Shown here one piece after another: positions 59,631 through 64,000 of a stretch of 64,000 nt of DNA (position 1 is its first letter; every line of letters begins with the position of its first letter). The DNA is from a bacterium (GTDB lineage: Bacteria; Bacillota; Clostridia; Lachnospirales; Lachnospiraceae). The notes below the pieces were generated by a model. The model worked only from the letters and a program-made list of their open reading frames with translations. It was not told where the DNA came from and made no database searches. The translations under genes were made by a program, and so were the position numbers. Location: positions 25,773 to 89,772 of the forward strand of contig CAVFER010000002.1 in NCBI GenBank assembly GCA_963621525.1, given 5' to 3'.

Positions 59631-59722
59631 GCGTCCTTAACGAGTGAACAGCCTGCGTAAGCAGGCAGTAAAGCGCGTCAGCGCGGGTTCACGAGTGAAC
59701 CCAGCGACCGCGAAAAAACCTA

Positions 59723-59752
59723 TTGACAATTTTCACTAATAAATGCTATTCT
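59723..59752 (+). promoter_or_regulatory. thiC-thiE promoter
   Basis: TTGACA, 18-nt spacer ending in TGC, TATTCT. Confidence 0.55.
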
Positions 59753-59756
59753 GAAT

Positions 59757-59856
59757 GCGAACAGGGAGCTTGTGAAGCAGGCTGAGAGGAAGTAATCGAA
59801 CTTCGACCTATTGTACCTGATGTGGGTAATGCCAACGTAGGGAAATAATGTGTCGC
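59757..59856 (+). promoter_or_regulatory. TPP (THI-box) riboswitch
   Basis: P1 is GCGAACA...TGTGTCGC. Core is GGGAGC...GCTGAGAGG...ACCTGATGTGGGTAATGCCAACGTAGGGA. Confidence 0.9.
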
Positions 59857-59887
59857 ATACTATATTTGCGTATCGTGCGTATATGTT

Positions 59888-59925
59888 GCGGTCCGTTCCT
59901 TATGTGGGCGGACCGTTTTGTTTTG
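59888..59925 (+). terminator. TPP riboswitch terminator
   Basis: GCGGTCCG/CGGACCGT stem followed by TTTTGTTTT. Confidence 0.75.
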
Positions 59926-59986
59926 TGGAAAACGCTCCGTCCAGGTGCCCCTTCTGTGGATAAATATTATGTGAAGGAGAAAGAAA

Positions 59987-61294
59987 ATGAACTACACAAC
60001 ACAGATGGATGCTGCCAGAAAAGGAATTATTACAAAGGAGCTTCAGGCAGTAGCAAAAAAAGAGCAGATGGATACAGCGCAGTTAATGCAGCTGGTGGCA
60101 GAGGGAAAAGTAGCCATTCCTGCAAACAAAAACCACAAATGTCTGGATCCAAATGGTATCGGTTCCATGTTAAAAACCAAGATCAATGTAAACCTGGGAA
60201 CTTCCAGAGACTGCAAAGACCTGGATATGGAACTTCAAAAAGTAAATGATGCAGTAAAAATGGGTGCAGAGTCTATCATGGACCTAAGCTCCTGGGGGGA
60301 TACCCAGAAATTCAGAAGAAAACTGACTGCCGAGTGCCCAGCGATCATTGGTACTGTACCAATCTATGATGCAGTGGTATACTATCATAAGGCACTGAAG
60401 GATATTACCACAGAAGAGTGGTTAAAGATCGTGGAAATGCATGCACAGGACGGTGTTGATTTTATGACCATCCACATTGGCATCAACCGTGCAACTGCCC
60501 AGCGTTTTAAGAAAAATAAGCGTCTTATGAACATTGTATCCAGAGGCGGTTCCATTATCTTCGCATGGATGGAGATGACCGGAAAGGAAAATCCATACTA
60601 TGAGCATTTCGATGAGATTCTGGATATCTGCCAGAAATATGATGTAACCATCAGTTTAGGGGATGCCTGCCGTCCGGGATGCTTAGAAGATGCCACTGAT
60701 GTTTCCCAGATTGAAGAGCTGGTAACATTAGGGGAACTGACTAAAAGAGCCTGGGAGAAAAATGTGCAGGTGATCGTAGAAGGACCGGGCCATATGCCTC
60801 TTAACCAGATTGCAGCTAATATGCAGATCCAGCAGAGTATCTGCAAAGGCGCTCCTTTCTATGTGTTAGGGCCGCTGGTTACAGATATTGCACCTGGATA
60901 TGACCATATTACAGCAGCCATTGGCGGTGCGATCGCAGCTACTTACGGCGCAGCGTTTTTGTGTTATGTAACACCAGCTGAACATTTACGACTGCCGGAT
61001 CTGAATGACGTAAAAGAAGGCATTATTGCTTCTAAGATCGCAGCCCATGCAGCGGATATTGCAAAAGGCGTCAAGGGCGCTTCTGAATGGGACCGTCAGA
61101 TGGGAATGGCCAGAAAGAAACTGGACTGGGAAAAGACCTTTGAGCTTTCTATTGATCCGGAAAAGGCGAGAAACTACAGAGCATCTGCCAAGCCGGAAAA
61201 AGAAGATACCTGCTCTATGTGCGGCAACTTCTGTGCTGTAAAAAATATGAACCGCATTTTAGACGGTGAGATCGTAAGTATTTTTGATGAGTGA
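59987..61294 (+). CDS. thiC: Phosphomethylpyrimidine synthase
   Basis: 435 aa with Clostridial short-form ThiC motifs GTVPIY, DFMTIH, EGPGH and the C-terminal CSMCGNFCA Fe-S cluster motif. Confidence 0.95.
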   Translation: MNYTTQMDAARKGIITKELQAVAKKEQMDTAQLMQLVAEGKVAIPANKNHKCLDPNGIGSMLKTKINVNLGTSRDCKDLDMELQKVNDAVKMGAESIMDLSSWGDTQKFRRKLTAECPAIIGTVPIYDAVVYYHKALKDITTEEWLKIVEMHAQDGVDFMTIHIGINRATAQRFKKNKRLMNIVSRGGSIIFAWMEMTGKENPYYEHFDEILDICQKYDVTISLGDACRPGCLEDATDVSQIEELVTLGELTKRAWEKNVQVIVEGPGHMPLNQIAANMQIQQSICKGAPFYVLGPLVTDIAPGYDHITAAIGGAIAATYGAAFLCYVTPAEHLRLPDLNDVKEGIIASKIAAHAADIAKGVKGASEWDRQMGMARKKLDWEKTFELSIDPEKARNYRASAKPEKEDTCSMCGNFCAVKNMNRILDGEIVSIFDE

Positions 61295-61313
61295 GTAGGA
61301 AAAGGAGAGAACC

Positions 61314-61958
61314 ATGAAATTTGACAAAAGCCAGTTGTTGATCTATGCAGTAACCGACCGGTCCTGGACCGGGAAAATGAGTCTTTATGAGCAGACTGAG
61401 GCAGCTTTAAAAGGCGGCGCTACCATGGTGCAGCTTCGGGAAAAAGGACTGCGGGATGACAACGTGGAAGAATATCTGGAAGAGGCGAAGAAAATGCGTG
61501 CCCTCACAGAAAAATACAATGTTCCTCTCCTGATCGATGATAATATAAAATTAGCTCAGGCTTGCGGTGCAGACGGTGTCCATGTAGGCCAGAACGACAT
61601 GGATGCAGGTCTTGCAAGAGAGCTTTTAGGGCCGGATAAGATCCTGGGAGTCACTGCAAAGACAGTAGAACAGGCATTAAAAGCCCAGGCCCAGGGCGCT
61701 GACTACTTAGGCAGCGGAGCTGTATTTGGCACATCTACTAAAAAAGACGCGCGTCCCATGACAATGGAGCAGCTGCAGGCCATCTGTGCTGCTGTGAAAA
61801 TCCCGGTGGTAGCTATCGGCGGTATCTGCCTGGAAAATATTGAAAAGCTGAAAGGAAGAGGAACAGCAGGCGCTGCCATTGTATCCGGTATCTTTGCAGC
61901 AGAAAATATTGAAGAGACTACGAGAACCCTTCGTGAGAAAATGGAGCGTAATCTTTAG
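61314..61958 (+). CDS. thiE: Thiamine-phosphate synthase
   Basis: LIYAVTDR, VQLREK, LIDDN, GVHVGQND and AIGGI motifs. Confidence 0.9.
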   Translation: MKFDKSQLLIYAVTDRSWTGKMSLYEQTEAALKGGATMVQLREKGLRDDNVEEYLEEAKKMRALTEKYNVPLLIDDNIKLAQACGADGVHVGQNDMDAGLARELLGPDKILGVTAKTVEQALKAQAQGADYLGSGAVFGTSTKKDARPMTMEQLQAICAAVKIPVVAIGGICLENIEKLKGRGTAGAAIVSGIFAAENIEETTRTLREKMERNL

Positions 61959-62002
61959 AAACATCAGTTTACAATTTTGTACGCTCAAAGGAGGACTTAT
62001 CC

Positions 62003-62953
62003 ATGAACCATAAAACGGTTGTTTTCAACGAAGCAAAAATGAATTTTGACGGAAATCTTGATTTTTCCGTTCTTTCCTCAGAAGTTGTTACCTACAGTGA
62101 TACTGCACCAGACCAGTTTTTAGAACGCGCAGCTGACGCCCAGATTCTTGTTACTAAGGAAATGCCTGTAAGCCGCGAGCAGATCCTGGCACTGCCGGAT
62201 AGCGTGAAGCTGATCTGCGAGGCAGGAACCGGCTATAATAATCTGGATCTGGATGCAGCACGAGAAAAAGGTATTACGATATGCAATATTCCAGCCTACA
62301 GTTCTGATCGTGTGGCACATACCGCCATTATGATGATCTTAAATTTAAGTTCCACTATGCAGACCCAGATGGCTATGCTGGCAAAGGGAAACCATGACAA
62401 TTTTACCAAAAATCTCCAGGTTCCTCATGTGGAAGTAAACGGAAAAACTCTGGGTATCATCGGCGCAGGAAATATTGGATGCGCTGTGATGAAGATCGCG
62501 AAAGCTTTGGATATGAATATTCTTGTGTATACGAGAACACCCGGAGAAGATGAAGAAAATGTACATTATACAGACCTTAAGACGGTACTGAAAAACAGTG
62601 ACTATGTTTCCCTTCACTGCCCGTTGACCCCGGCTACCAGACACCTGATCAATGCTGATACGTTAGCTCTGATGAAGCCAACTGCCTTCCTGATCAACAC
62701 ATCCAGAGGCGCTTTGATCGATGAACCGGCACTGATCAAAGCTTTACAGGAGCGCAAAATTGCAGGCGCCGGACTGGACGTACAGGAAACAGAGCCGCCT
62801 GCAGAAGACAATCCATTATACACACTCGATAATGTGATCCTTACCCCGCATATGGGCTGGAAAGGACTGGAGACCCGCCAGAGACTGCTCAGCATCTTAA
62901 AGGGAAATATTGACGGATTTATCAATGGAAAACCGATAAATGTGGTTTCATAA
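62003..62953 (+). CDS. D-isomer-specific 2-hydroxyacid dehydrogenase family protein (glycerate/hydroxypyruvate reductase-like)
   Basis: NAD-binding GIIGAGNIGCAV, plus catalytic contexts NTSRGALID and TPHMGW. Confidence 0.8.
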   Translation: MNHKTVVFNEAKMNFDGNLDFSVLSSEVVTYSDTAPDQFLERAADAQILVTKEMPVSREQILALPDSVKLICEAGTGYNNLDLDAAREKGITICNIPAYSSDRVAHTAIMMILNLSSTMQTQMAMLAKGNHDNFTKNLQVPHVEVNGKTLGIIGAGNIGCAVMKIAKALDMNILVYTRTPGEDEENVHYTDLKTVLKNSDYVSLHCPLTPATRHLINADTLALMKPTAFLINTSRGALIDEPALIKALQERKIAGAGLDVQETEPPAEDNPLYTLDNVILTPHMGWKGLETRQRLLSILKGNIDGFINGKPINVVS

Positions 62954-63013
62954 AGCAGATTATTTTACACATTTACATAAAGTTTAATTGAAAGACGAGG
63001 TAATAAAAATACG

Positions 63014-64000
63014 ATGAACCCACATTTATCTTTCTCCTGCGACTACATGGAAGGGGCGCATCCGGCCATCCTTCAGAAACTGGTGGAGACAAATCTTGAA
63101 AAAACCGGTGGATACGGACTGGATCCATACTGCGATTCTGCCAAAGAAAAGATTAAAGCAGCCTGTGGCTGTCCGGATGGGGAAGTTTTCTTTCTGATAG
63201 GCGGCACCCAGACAAATGCTACTGTGATCGATGCACTCCTTAAAAGCTATCAGGGAGTGATTGCAGCGGAAACCGGACATGTAAGTGTTCATGAGGCCGG
63301 TGCCATTGAGGCAGACGGACACAAAGTGCTTACACTGCCACATGATAATGGAAAAATCAGCGCTGACCAGGTTCGCAGACTTCTGGACAATTTTAATAAT
63401 GATGCCAACCATGAGCACATGGTCATGCCGGGAATGGTATATATTTCCCATCCTACAGAATATGGTACCCTTTACACCTTAGAGGAACTGACTGAAATCA
63501 GCAATGTATGCCGTGAAAACCACATTCCTCTTTATATGGACGGAGCACGTCTGGCTTATGCCCTGGCATGCAGCGAAAACCAGCTGACGCTGGCTGATAT
63601 TGCCCGTTTATGCGATATCTTCTATATCGGCGGAACGAAATGCGGAGCGATGTTTGGAGAAGCTGTAGTTATCCCCAAACCAGGAATGATCCCACATTTC
63701 TTCACTATTATCAAGCAACACGGTGCATTGCTTGCCAAAGGACGTCTTCTGGGTATCCAGTTTGACACCTTATTTACAGATTCTCTTTATGAAAAAATCG
63801 GCGTACTTGCGATTCAGGCTGCCGACCGGATACGAAAGACCTTAAAAGAACAGAATTTCCGTCTCTGCTTCGGTTCTCCTACCAACCAGGTATTCTGTAT
63901 TGTGGAAGATACCCTTATGAAACGCCTGGAGAAACAGGTGGAATTTGGATTCTGGGAAAAATACGACGATACTCATACGGTGATCCGCTTTGCTGCCAGC
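63014..64000 (+). CDS. Threonine aldolase/beta-eliminating lyase family PLP enzyme (3' end outside the window)
   Basis: Not in the ORF track because no stop falls within the window. I translated it by hand from ATG 63014 and it stays open to base 64000 (329 codons). MNPHLSFSCDYMEGAHPAIL..., GGTQTNA, YMDGARLAYAL, and GGTKCGAMFGEA (PLP lysine context). Confidence 0.75.
   Translation, partial: MNPHLSFSCDYMEGAHPAILQKLVETNLEKTGGYGLDPYCDSAKEKIKAACGCPDGEVFFLIGGTQTNATVIDALLKSYQGVIAAETGHVSVHEAGAIEADGHKVLTLPHDNGKISADQVRRLLDNFNNDANHEHMVMPGMVYISHPTEYGTLYTLEELTEISNVCRENHIPLYMDGARLAYALACSENQLTLADIARLCDIFYIGGTKCGAMFGEAVVIPKPGMIPHFFTIIKQHGALLAKGRLLGIQFDTLFTDSLYEKIGVLAIQAADRIRKTLKEQNFRLCFGSPTNQVFCIVEDTLMKRLEKQVEFGFWEKYDDTHTVIRFAAS

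Overview
This looks like a 64-kb chromosomal window from a Firmicute of the Clostridia. Gene content resembles Lachnospiraceae, but that is an inference, not a search result. I call about 55 protein-coding genes. Most are housekeeping: pgi, tkt, asnS, glgCD, spoVG, pth-mfd, metG, tatD-rsmA, thiD-cytX and thiC-thiE. There are three ABC importers: a sugar-type CUT2 system with an FGGY kinase, a polar amino-acid system, and an Opp/Dpp peptide system followed by pepP and a cyclophilin.

I found no rRNA, tRNA, CRISPR array, transposase or integrase. Four riboswitch-class leaders are visible directly in the sequence: one T-box, two TPP riboswitches and one preQ1-I-like aptamer.

**Main finding.** A canonical T-box leader whose specifier reads UGG (Trp) sits directly upstream of the sugar-type ABC importer and FGGY kinase operon (4119-9899, minus strand). 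That gene class is outside the T-box regulon as I recall it. It suggests a tRNA-Trp-controlled uptake-and-phosphorylation route, possibly salvage of a sugar-like Trp precursor.

**Secondary observations:**
- A dispersed palindromic element family (ATGTNCTC...GAGNACAT) lies in 5' UTRs and intercistronic gaps at four or more loci.
- An active/degenerate pair of AstE/AspA-like deacylases sits next to a transglutaminase-like gene.
- A class-II Fic gene carries two related perfect inverted repeats in its promoter, inside a small accessory insertion that also holds a gene remnant.
- The preQ1 leader has an upstream hairpin complementary to the aptamer loop.
- There are several gene remnants and clusters of GC-rich mini-hairpins.

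All family assignments rest on motifs read from the supplied translations. No database search was run.
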